Positions 14,301 to 26,900 of a stretch of 64,000 nucleotides of DNA are shown here, one piece after another. Origin of the DNA: Eledone cirrhosa (taxonomy: Eukaryota); NCBI GenBank assembly GCA_964016885.1, contig OZ024743.1, positions 130,324,001-130,388,000 on the forward strand, given 5' to 3'. The position numbers and the translations under genes were made by a program. Under the pieces are notes generated by a model, which was not told the DNA's origin, ran no database searches, and worked only from the letters and a program-made list of their open reading frames with translations. Each line of letters begins with the position of its first letter. Position 1 is the stretch's first letter.

Positions 14301-17300
14301 ACCAAGCACCAAGCTCCAAGCACCAAACACCAAGCACCAAACACCAAACACCAAGCACCAAGCACCAAACACCAAGCACCAAGCGCCAAACACCAAACAC
14401 CAAGCACCAAGCACCAAACACCAAGCACCAACCACCAAGCACCTAAACACCAAGCACCAAGCACCAAGCACCAAGCACCAAGCACCAAACACCAAGCACC
14501 AAGCACCAAACAGCAAACACCAAGCACCAAACACCAAACACCAAGCACCAAGCAACAAACACCAAACACCAAGCACCAAACACCAAGCACCAAGCCCCAA
14601 GCACGAAACACCAAGCACCAAGCACGAAACACCAAGCACCAAGCACCAAGCACCATGCACCAAACACCAAGCACCAAGCACCAAACAGCAAACACCAAAC
14701 AGCAAACACCAAACAGCAAACACCAAACAGCAAACACCAAACAGCAAACACCAAACAGCAAACGCCAAAAAGCAAACGCCAAACTCCAAACGCCAAACAG
14801 CAAATGCCAAACCCAAACGCCAAACAGCAAACGCCAAGCACAAAACACCAAACACCAAGCGCCAAGCACCAAACACCAAACACCAAGCACCAAGCACCAA
14901 ACACCAAACACCAAGCACCAAGTACCAAACACCAAACACCAAGCACCAAACACCAAACAGCAAACGCAAAAAAGCAAACGGCAAACCCCATACGCCAAAC
15001 AGCAAATGCCAAACCCCAAATGCCAAACGGCAAACGCCAAGCACCAAACACCAAACACCAAGCACCAAGCACCAAACACCAAACACCAAGCACCGATCAC
15101 CAAACACCAAACACCAAGCGCCAAACACCAAACACCAAACACCTATCACCAAGCACCAAGCACCAAACACCAAGCACCAAACACCAAGCACCAAGCACCA
15201 AGCACCAAGCACCAAACACCAATCACCAAGCCCCAAGCACCAAACACCAAGCACCCAGCACCAAACACCAAACACCAAGCACCAAGCACCCAGAACAAAG
15301 CACCAAGCACCAAACACCAAACACCAAGCTCCAAGCACCAAACACCAAACACCAAGCACCAAGTACCAAGCACCAAACACCAAACACCAAGCACCAATCA
15401 CCAAACACCAAGCACCAAGCGCCAAACACCAAACACCAAACACCTAGCACCAAGCACCAAGCACCGAACACCAAGCACCAAGCACCAAGCACCAAGCACC
15501 AAGCACCAAACACCAATCACCAAGCCCCAAGCACCAAACACCAAGCACCAAGCACCAAGCACCAAACACCAAACACCAAGCACCAAGCACCAAACACCAA
15601 ACACCAAGCACCAAGCACCAAGCACCAAGCACCAAACACCATACACCAAACAGCAAACGCCAAAAAGCAAACGCCAAACCCCATACGCCAAACAGCAAAT
15701 GCCAAACCCCAAACGCCAAACAGCAAACGCCAAGCACCAAACACCAAACACCAAGCGCCAAGCACCAAACACCAAACACCAAGCACCAAGCACCAAACAC
15801 CAAACACCAAGCACCAATCACCAAACACCAAGCACCAAGCGCCAAGCACCAGACACCAAGCACCATGCACCAAACACCAAACACCAAGCACCAAGCACTA
15901 AACACCAAACACCAAGCACCAAGCACCAAGCACCAAGCACCAAGCACCAAACACCAAGCACCAAGCACCAAGCACCAAGCACCAAGCACCAAACACCAAG
16001 CACCAAGCACCAAACAGCAAACACCAAGCACCAAACACCAAACACCAAGCACCAAGCACCAAACACCAAACACCAAACACCAAGCACCAAGCCCCAAGCA
16101 CCAAACACCAAGCACCAAGCACCAAACACCAAGCACGAAGCACCAAGCACCATGCACCAAACACCAAGCACCAAGCACCAAACAGCAAACACCAAACAGC
16201 AAACACCAAACACCAAACACCAACCAGCAAACACCAAACACCAAACACCAAACAGCAAACACCAAACAGCAAACACCAAACAGCAAACACCAAACACCAA
16301 ACACCAAACAGCAAATGCCAAAAAGCAAACGCCAAACCCCAAACGCCAAACAGCAAATGCCAAACCCCAAACGCCAAACAGCAAACGCCAAGCGCCAAAC
16401 GCCAAACACCAAGTGCCAAGCACCAAACACCAAACACCAAGCACCAAGCACCAAGCACCAAACACCAAACAGCAAACGCCAAAAAGCAAACGCCAAACCC
16501 CATACGCCAAACAGCAAATGCCAAACCTCAAACGCCAAACAGCAAACGCCAAGCACCAAACACCAAACACCTAGCGCCAAGCCCCAAACACCAAACACCA
16601 AGCACCAAGCACCAAACACCAAACACCAAGCACCAATCACCAAACACCAAGCACCAAGCGCCAAGCACCAAACACCAAACACCTAGCACCAAGCACCAAG
16701 CACCAAACACCAAGTACCAAACACCAATCACCAAGCCCCAAGCACCAAACACCAAGCGCCAAGCACCAAACACCAAACACCAAGCACCAAGCACCCAGAA
16801 CCAAGCACCAAGCACCAAACACCAAGCACCAAGCACCGAGCACCAAACACCAAGAACCAAGCACCAAGCTCTAAACACCAAACACCAAGCACCAAGCACC
16901 AAACACCAAACACCAAACACCAAACACCAAACAGCAAATGCCAAAAAGCAAACGCCAAACCCCAAACGCCAAACAGTAAATGCCAAACCCCAAACGCCAA
17001 ACAGCAAACGCCAAGCGCCAAACGCCAAACACCAAGCGCCAAGCACCAAACACCAAACACCAAGCACCAAGCACCAAACACCAAACACCAAGCACCAAGT
17101 ACCAAACACCAAACACCAAGTACCAAACACCAAACAGCAAACGCCAAAAAGCAAACGCCAAACCCCATACGCCAAACAGCAAATGCCAAACCCCAAACGC
17201 CAAACAGCAAACGCCAAGCACCGAACACCAAACACCAAGAACCAAGCACCAAGCACTAAATACCAAACACCAAGCACCAAGCACCAAACACCAAACACCA

Positions 17301-19790
17301 AGCACCAAGCACCGAGCACCAAACACCAAGAACCAAGCACCAAGCACTAAACACCAAACACCAAGCACCAAGCACCAAACACCAAACACCAAGCACCAAA
17401 CACCAAACAGCAAACGCCAAAAAGCAAACGCCAAACCCCATACGCCAAACAGCAAATGCCAAACTCCAAACGCCAAACAGCAAACGCCAGGCACCAAACA
17501 CCAAACACCAAGCGCCAAGCACCAAACACCAAACACCAAGCACCAAGCACCAAACACCAAACACCAAGCACCAATCACCAAACACCAAGCACCAAGCGCC
17601 AAGCACCAAACACCAAACACCTAGCACCAAGCACCAAGCACCAAACACCAAGCACCAAACACCAATCACCAAGCCCCAAGCACCAAACACCAAGCACCAA
17701 GCACCAAACACCAAACACCAAGCACCAAGCACCAAGGACCAAGCACCAAACACCAAGCACCAAGCACCGAGCACCAAACACCAAGAACCAAGCACCAAGC
17801 ACTAAACACCAAACACCAAGCACCAAGCACCAAACACCAAACACCAAGCACCAAGTACAAAACTCCAAACACCAAACACCAAGCACCAAGCACCAAATCC
17901 CAAGCACCAAACACCAAGCACCAATCACCAAACACCAAACACCAAGCACCAAGCACCAAACTCCAAAAACCAAGCACCAAACACCAAGCACCAAGCACGA
18001 AACACCAAGCACCAAGCACCGAGCACCAAACACCAAGTACCAAGCACCAATCACCAAACACTAAGCACCAAGCACCAAACACCAAACACCAAGCACCAAG
18101 CACCAAGCATCAAGCACCAAGCACCAAACACCAACCACCAAGCACCAAACACCAAACACAAAACAACAAGTACCAAGCACCAAACACCAAACACCAAACA
18201 CCAAACACCAAGCACCAAGCACAAGACACCAAGCACCAAGCACCAAGCACCAAGCACCAAAAACCAAGCACCAAGCTCCAAGCACCAAACACCAAGCACC
18301 AAACACCAAACACCAAGCACCAAGCACCAAACACCAAGCACCAAGCGCCAAACACCAAACACCAAGCACCAAGCACCAAACACCAAGCACCAACCACCAA
18401 GCACCAAACACCAAGCACCAAGCACCAAGCACCAAGCACCAAGCACCAAACACCAAGCACCAAGCACCAAACAGCAAACACCAAGCACCAAACACCAAAC
18501 ACCACGCACCAAGCAACAAACACCAAACACCAAGCACCAAACACCAAGCACCAAGCCCGAAGCACGAAACACCAAGCACCAAGCACGAAACACCAAGCAC
18601 CAAGCACCAAGCACCATGCACCAAACACCAAGCACCAAGCACCAAACAGCAAACACCAAACAGCAAACACCAAACAGCAAACACCAAACAGCAAACACCA
18701 AACAGCAAACACCAAACAGCAAACGCCAAAAAGCAAATGCCAAACTCCAAACGCCAAACAGCAAATGCCAAACCCAAACGCCAAACAGCAAACGCCAAGC
18801 ACAAAACACCAAACACCAAGCGCCAAGCACCAAACACCAAACACCAAGCACCAAGCACCAGACACCAAACACCAAGCAACAAGTACCAAACACCAAACAC
18901 CAAGCACCAAACACCAAACAGCAAACGCAAAAAAGCAAACGCCAAACCCCATACGCCAAACAGCAAATGCCAAACCCCAAATGCCAAACGGCAAACGCCA
19001 AGCACCAAACACCAAACACCAAGCGCCAAGCACCAAACACCAAACACCAAGCACCAAGCACCAAACACCAAACACCAAGCACCAATCACCAAACACCAAA
19101 CACCAAGCGCCAAACACCAAACACCAAACACCTATCACCAAGCACCAAGCACCAAACACCAAGCACCAAACACCAAGCACCAAGCACCAAGCACCAAGCA
19201 CCAAACACCAATCACCAAGCCCCAAGCACCAAACACCAAGCACCCAGCACCAAACACCAAACACCAAGCACCAAGCACCCAGAACAAAGCACCAAGCACC
19301 AAACACCAAACACCAAGCTCCAAGCACCAAACACCAAACACCAAGCACCAAGCACCAAGCACCAAACACCAAACACCAAGCACCAATCACCAAACACCAA
19401 GCACCAAGCGCCAAACACCAAACACCAAACACCTAGCACCAAGCACCAAGCACCGAACACCAAGCACCAAGCACCAAGCACCAAGCACCAAGCACCAAAC
19501 ACCAATCACCAAGCCCCAAGCACCAAACACCAAGCACCAAGCACCAAACACCAAACACCAAGCACCAAGCACCAAACACCAAACACCAAGCACCAAGCAC
19601 CAAGCACCAAGCACCAAACACCATACACCAAACAGCAAACGCCAAAAAGCAAACGCCAAACCCCATACGCCAAACAGCAAATGCCAAACCCCAAACGCCA
19701 AACAGCAAACGCCAAGCACCAAACACCAAACACCAAGCGCCAAGCACCAAACACCAAACACCAAGCACCAAGCACCAAACACCAAACACC
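7715..19790 (+). repeat. ~6.0-kb tandem segmental duplication (copy 1 ~7715-13750, copy 2 ~13750-19790)
   Basis: Shared rare variants recur at offsets of 6012-6039: CACCGAT at 9079/15091, CACCACG at 12481/18500 and CACCAGA at 12837/18856. Matching ORF pairs start at 7840/13879, 9853/15865, 10604/16637 and 13116/19135. Confidence 0.82.
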
Positions 19791-22399
19791 AAGCACCAAT
19801 CACCAAACACCAAGCACCAAGCGCCAAGCACCAAACACCAAACACCTAGCACCAAGCACCAAGCACCAAACACCAAGCACCAAACACCAATCACCAAGCC
19901 CCAAGCACCAAACACCAAGCACCAAGCACCAAACACCAAACACCAAGCACCAAGCACCCAGAACCAAGCACCAAGCACCAAACACCAAGCACCAAGTACC
20001 GAGCACCAAACACCAAGAACCAAGCACCAAGCACTAAACACCAAACACCAAGCACCAAGCACCAAACACCAAACACCAAGCACCAAGTACCAAACTCCAA
20101 ACACCAAACACCAAGCACCAAGCACCAAATCCCAAGCACCAAACACCAAGCACCAATCACCAAACACCAAACACCAAGCACCAAGCACCAAACACCAAGT
20201 ACCAAGCACCAAACACCAAGCACCAAGCGCCAAAGACCAAACACCAAGCACCAAGCACGAAACACCAAGCACCAAGCACCGAGCACCAAACACCAAGTAC
20301 CAAGCACCAATCACCAAACACCAAGCACCAAGCACCAAACACCAAACACCAAGCACCAAGGACCAAACACCAAACACCAAGCACCAAGCCCCAAGCACCA
20401 AACAGCAAGCACCAAGCACCAAACACCAAACACCAAGCACCAAGCACTAAACACCAAACACCAAGCACCAAGCACCAAGCACCAAGCACCAAACAGCAAA
20501 CACCAAACAGCAAACACCAAACACCAAACACCAACCAGCAAACACCAAACACCAAACACCAAACAGCAAACACCAAACAGCAAACACCAAACAGCAAACA
20601 CCAAACACCAAACACCAAACAACAAATGCCAAAAAGCAAACGCCAAACCCCAAACGCCAAACAGTAAATGCCAAACCCCAAACGCCAAACAGCAAACGCC
20701 AAGCGCCAAACGCCAAACACCAAGCGCCAAGCACCAAACACCAAACACCAAGCACCAAGCACCAAACACCAAACACCAAGCACCAAGTACCAAACACCAA
20801 ACACCAAGGACCAAGCACCCAGAACCAAGCACCAAGCACCAAACACCAAGCACCAAGCACCGAGCACCAAACACCAAGAACCAAGCACCAAGCACTAAAC
20901 ACCAAACACCAAGCACCAAGCACCAAACACCAAACACCAAGCACCAAACACCAAACAGCAAACGCCAAAAAGCAAACGCCAAACCCCATACGCCAAACAG
21001 CAAATGCCAAACCCCAAACGCCAAACAGCAAACGCCAGGCACCAAACACCAAACACCAAGCGCCAAGCACCATACACCAAACACCAAGCACCAAGCACCA
21101 AACACCAAACACCAAGCACCAATCACCAAACACCAAGCACCAAGCGCCAAGCACCAAACACCAAACACCTAGCACCAAGCACCAAGCACCAAACACCAAG
21201 CACCAAACACCAATCACCAAGCCCCAATCACCAAACACCAAGCACCAAGCACCAAACACCAAACACCAAGCACCAAGCACCAAGGACCAAGCACCAAACA
21301 CCAAGCACCAAGCACCGAGCACCAAACACCAAGAACCAAGCACCAAGCACTAAACACCAAACACCAAGCACCAAGCACCAAACACCAAACACCAAGCACC
21401 AAGTACCAAACTCCAAACACCAAACACCAAGCACCAAGCACCAAATCCCAAGCACCAAACACCAAGCACCAATCACCAAACACCAAACACCAAGCACCAA
21501 GCACCAAACTCCAAAAACCAAGCACCAAGCACCAAGCACCCAACACCAAACGCCAAACACCAAACACCAAGTACCAAGCACCAAACACCAAGCACCAAGC
21601 GCCAAAGACCAAACACCAAGCACCAAGCACGAAACACCAAGCACCAAGCACCGAGCACCAAACACCAAGTACCAAGCACCAAACACCAAACACCAAGCAC
21701 CAAGCACCAAACACCAAACACCAAGCACCAAGTACCAAACACCAAACACCAAACACCAAACACCAAACAGCAAACGCAAAAAAGCAAACGCCAAACTCCA
21801 AACGCCAAACAACAAACGCCAAGGACCAAACACCAAACACCAAGCGCCAAGCACCAAACACCAAACACCAAGCACCAAGCACCAAACACCAAACACCAAG
21901 GACCAATCACCAAACACCAAGCACCAAACACCAAGCACCAAACACCAAGCACCAAGCACCAAGCGCCAAACACCAAACACCAAACACCTAGCACCAAGCA
22001 CCAAGCACCAAACACCAAGCACCAAACACCAAGCACCAAGCACCAAGCACCAAGCACCAAGCACCAAACACCAATCACCAAGCCCCAAGCACCAAACACC
22101 AAGCACCCAGCACCATACACCAAACACCAAGCACCAAGCACCCAGAACAAAGCACCAAGCACCAAACACCAAACCCAAGCTCCAAGCACCAAACACCAAA
22201 CACCAAGCACCAAGCACCAAGCACCAAGCACCAAACACCAAACACCAAGCACCAAGCACCAAACACCAAACACCAAGCACCAATCACCAAACACCAAGCA
22301 CCAAGCGCCAAACACCAAACACCAAACACCTAGCACCAAGCACCAAGCACCGAACACCAAGCACCAAACACCAAGCACCAAACACCAAACACCAAGCAC

Positions 22400-23900
22400 C
22401 AAGCACCAAACCCCAAACACCAAGCACCAAGCACCAAGCACCAAGCACCAAACACCATACACCAAGCACCAAGCACCAAACACCAAAAACCAATCACCAA
22501 GCACCAAAGAGCAAACACCAAGCCCCAAGCAACAAACACCAAACACCAAACACCAAAAAGCAAACACTAAACACCAAACACCAAATAGCAAACACCAAAC
22601 ACCAAATAGCAAACACCAAACACCAACCAGGAAACACCAAACAGCAAACACCAAACAGCAAACGCCAAACAGCAAACACAAACACCAAACACCAAACACC
22701 AAGCACCAAGCACCAAGCACAAAACCCCAAGCACCAAGCGCCAAGCACCAAACGCCAAACACCAAACACCAAACAGCAAACACCAATCACCAAAAACCAG
22801 ACACCAAACACCAAGCAACAAGCACCAATCACCAAGCACCAAGCACTAAACACCAAACACCTAGCACCAAGCACCAAGCACCAAACACCAAGCACCAAGC
22901 ACCAAGCACCAAACACCAAGCACCAAAGACCAAGCCCCAAATACCAAGCACCAAGCACCAAACACTAATCACCAGGGACCAAGCACCAAACACCAAGAAC
23001 CAAGCACCAAGCACTAAACACCAAACACCAAGCACCAAGCACCAAACACCAAACACCAAGCACCAAGTACCAAACTCCAAACACCAAACACCAAGCACCA
23101 AGCACCAAATCCCAAGCACCAAACACCAAGCACCAATCACCAAACACCAAGCACCAAGCACCAAACAGCAAACGCCAAACACCGAACACCAAGTACCAAG
23201 CACCAAACACCAAGCACCAAGCGCCAAAGACCAAACACCAAGCACCAAGCACGAAACACCAAGCACCAAGCACCGAGCACCAAACACCAAGTACCAAGCA
23301 CCAATCACCAAACACCAAGCACCAAGCACCAAACACCAAACAGCAAGCACCAAGCACCAAACACCAAACACCAAGCACCAAGCACCACACACCAACTACC
23401 AAGCACCAAGCACTAAACACCAAACACCAAGCACCAAGCACCAAGCATCAAGCATCAAGCACCAAACACCAAGCACCAAGCACCAAGCACCAAACATAAA
23501 ACAACAAGTACCAAGCACCAAACACCAAACACCAAACACCAAACACCAAGCACAAAGCACCAAACACCAAACACCAAGCACCAAGCACCAGACACCAAGC
23601 ACCAAGCACCAAGCACCAAGCACCAAAAACCAAGCACCAAGCACCAAGGACCAAACACCAAGCACCAAACACCAAACACCAAGCACCAAGCACCAAACAC
23701 CAAACACCAAGCACCAAACACCAAACACCAAGCATCAATCACCAAACACCAAGCACCAAGCGCCAAACACCAAACACCAAACACCTAGCACCAAGCACCA
23801 AGCACCGAACACCAAGCACCAAACACCAAGCACCAAGCACCAAGCACCAAGCACCAAGCACCAAACACCAATCACCAAGCCCGAAGCACCAACCACGAAG
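22400..23900 (+). repeat. Single domain-D-like HOR unit between domains A and B
   Basis: It carries the hexamer CACAAA (22677) and CACTAAT-CACCAGG-GACCAAG (22963), which are otherwise found in 54-64 kb. Domain B instead has CATAAA and GACTAAG or CACCAGT-CACCAGG. Confidence 0.7.
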
Positions 23901-26900
23901 CACCAAGCACCAAACACCAAACACCAAGCACCATGCACCCAGAACCAAGCACCAAGCACCAAACACCAAGCACCAAGCACCAAACACCAAACACCAAGCA
24001 CCAAGCACCAAGCACCAAACACCATACACCAAGCACCAAGCACCAAACACCAAAAACCAATCACCAAGCACCAAAGAGCAAACACCAAGCCCCAAGCACC
24101 AAACACCAAACACCAAACACCAAACAGCAAACACTAAACACCAAACACCAAACAGCAAACACGAAACACCAAATAGCAAACACCAAACACCAACCAGGAA
24201 ACACCAAACAGCAAACACCAAACAGCAAACGCCAAACAGCAAACATAAACAGCAAACACCAAACACCAAGTACCAAGCACCAAGCACAAAACACCAAGCA
24301 ACAAGCGCCAAGCACCAAACACCAAACACCAAACACCAAACAGCAAACACCAAACACCAAACAGCAAACACCAAACACCAAACACCAAACAGCAAACACG
24401 AAACAGCAAACACCAAACAGCAAACACCAAACAGCAAACACCAAACAGCAAGCACCAAACACCAAACACCAAACACCAAGCACCAAGCACCAAACACCAA
24501 GCACCAAGCAACAAGCACCAATCACCAAGCACCAAGCACTAAACACCAAACACCTAGCACCAAGCACCAAGCACCAAACACCAAGCACCAAGCACCAAGC
24601 ACCAAACACCAAGCACCAAAGACCAAGCCCCAAATACCAAGCACCAAGCACCAAACACCAGTCACCAGGCACCAAGCACCAAACACCAACAACCAAGCAC
24701 CAAGCACTAAACACCAAACACCAAGCACCAAGCACCGAACACCAAACACCAAGCACCAAGTACCAAACTCCAAACACCAAACACCAAGCACGAAGCACCA
24801 AATCCCAAGCACCAAACACCAAGCACCAATCAACAAACACCAAACACCAAGCACCAAGCACCAAACACCAAAAACCAAGCACCAAGCACCAAGCACCAAA
24901 CACCAAACACCGAACACCAAGTACCAAGCACCAAACACCAAGCACCAGGCGCCAAAGACCAAACACCAAGCACCAAGCACGAAACACCAAGCACCAAGCA
25001 CCGAGCACCAAACACCAAGTACCAGGCACCAATCAACAAACACCAAGCACCAAGCACCAAATACCAGACAGCAAGCACCAAGCACCAAACACCAAACACC
25101 AAGCACCAAGCACCAAACACCAAGCACCAAGCGCCAAACACCAAACACCAAGCACCAAGCACCAAACACCAAGCACCAACCACCAAGCACCAAACACCAA
25201 GCACCAAGCACCAAACACCAAGCACCAATCACCAAACAGCAAACACCAAGCACCAAACACCAAACACCAAGCACCAAGCACCAAACACCAAGCACCAAGC
25301 ACCAAACACCAAGCACCAAGCACCAAACACCAAAAACCAATCACCAAGCACCAAAGAGCAAACACCAAGCCCCGAGCACCAAACACCAAACACCAAACAC
25401 CAAATAGCAAACACTAAACACCAAACACCAAACAGCAAACACAAAACACCAAATAGCAAATACCAAACAGCAAACACCAAACACCAAACAGCAAACACCA
25501 AACACCAACCAGGAAACACCAAACACCAAGCACCAAACACCAAGCACCAAGCCCCAAGCACCAAACACCAAGCACCAAGCACCAAATACCAAGCACCAAG
25601 CACCATGCACCAAACACCTAGCACCAAGCACCAAACAGCAAACACCAAACAGCAAACACCAAACACCAACCAGCGAACACCAAGCACCAAACACCAAACA
25701 CCAAGCACCAAGCACCAAACACCAAACACCAAGCACCAAGCACCACACACCAAATACCAAGCACCAAGCACTAAACACCAAACACCAAGCACCAAGCACC
25801 AATCACCAAGCACCAAGCACTAAACACCAAACACCTAGCACCAAGCACCAAGCACCAAACACCAAGCACCAAGCACCAAGCACCAAACACCAAGCACCAA
25901 AGACCAATCCCCAAATACCAAGCACCAAGCACCAAACACTAATCACCAGGGACTAAGCACCAAACACCAAGAACCAAGCACCAAGCACTAAACACCAAAC
26001 ACCAAGCACCAAGCACCAAACACCAAACACCAAGCACCAAGTACCAAACTCCAAACACCAAACACCAAGCACCAAGCACCAAATCCCAAGCACCAAACAC
26101 CAAGCACCAATCACCAAACACCAAACACCAAGCACCAAGCACCAAACACCAAAAACCAAGCACCAAGCACCAAGCACCAAACACCAAGCACCAAGCACCA
26201 AACCCCAAACAGCAAGCACCAAGCACCAAACACCAAACACCAAGCACCAAGCACCACACACCAACTACCAAGCACCAAGCACTAAACACCAAACACCAAG
26301 CACCAAGCACCAAGCATCAAGCACCAAGCACCAAACACCAAGCACCAAGCACCAAGCACCAAACATAAAACAACAAGTACCAAGCACCAAACACCAAACA
26401 CCAAACACCAAACACCAAGCACAAAGCACCAAACACCAAACACCAAGCACCAAGCACCAGACACCAAGCACCAAGCACCAAGCACCAAGCACCAAAAACC
26501 AAGCACCAAGCACCAAGGACCAAACACCAAACACCAAACACCAAGCACCAAGCACCAAACACCAAACACCAAGCACCAAACACCAAACACCAAGCACCAA
26601 TCACCAAACACCAAGCACCAAGCGCCAAACACCAAACACCAAACACCTAGCACCAAGCACCAAGCACCGAATCCCAAGCACCAAACACCAAGCACCAAGC
26701 ACCAAGCACCAAGCACCAAGCACCAAACACCAATCACCAAGCCCGAAGCACCAAACACGAAGCACCAAGCACCAAACACCAAACACCAAGCACCATGCAC
26801 CCAGAACCAAGCACCAAGCACCAAACACCAAACACCAAGCACCAAGCACCAATCATCAAACACCAAGCACCAAACACCAAGCACCAAGCACCAAACACCA

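Larger units (their letters stand above)
1..21900 (+). repeat. Satellite domain A: CpG-cassette-rich HOR domain (~4-kb basic unit)
   Basis: The domain-specific monomer CACCTAT lies at 4047, 9128, 13110, 15140 and 19129 (spacings 5081, 3982, 2030, 3989). The hexamer CCCAAA lies at 3691, 8772, 12754, 14812 and 18773. CGCCAAA cassettes are dense. The GAGCAAA, CAGGAAA and TAGCAAA variants were not seen here. The right boundary is approximate. Confidence 0.85.

Noticed and set aside
14440-14447. Octamer CACCTAAA resembling a plant telomere seed
   Set aside because: It is a singleton 1-bp insertion absent from homologous copies, so it is a private mutation or sequencing error rather than a telomere tract.
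12597-16574. Long plus-strand ORFs (1325 aa here, 1156 aa at 7371-10841, and others) encoding (TKHQAPS/TPN)n
   Set aside because: These are artefacts of a T-poor 7-bp repeat. All three frames give the same peptide, starts are chance ATGs from variant monomers, there is no unique domain, and length changes follow multiples of 7 rather than 3.
294-21100. Recurring 84-bp cassette as a CRISPR-like repeat-spacer array
   Set aside because: The intervening DNA is the same heptamer satellite rather than unique spacers. Spacing is irregular (161 bp to over 1 kb), there is no palindrome and there are no cas genes.
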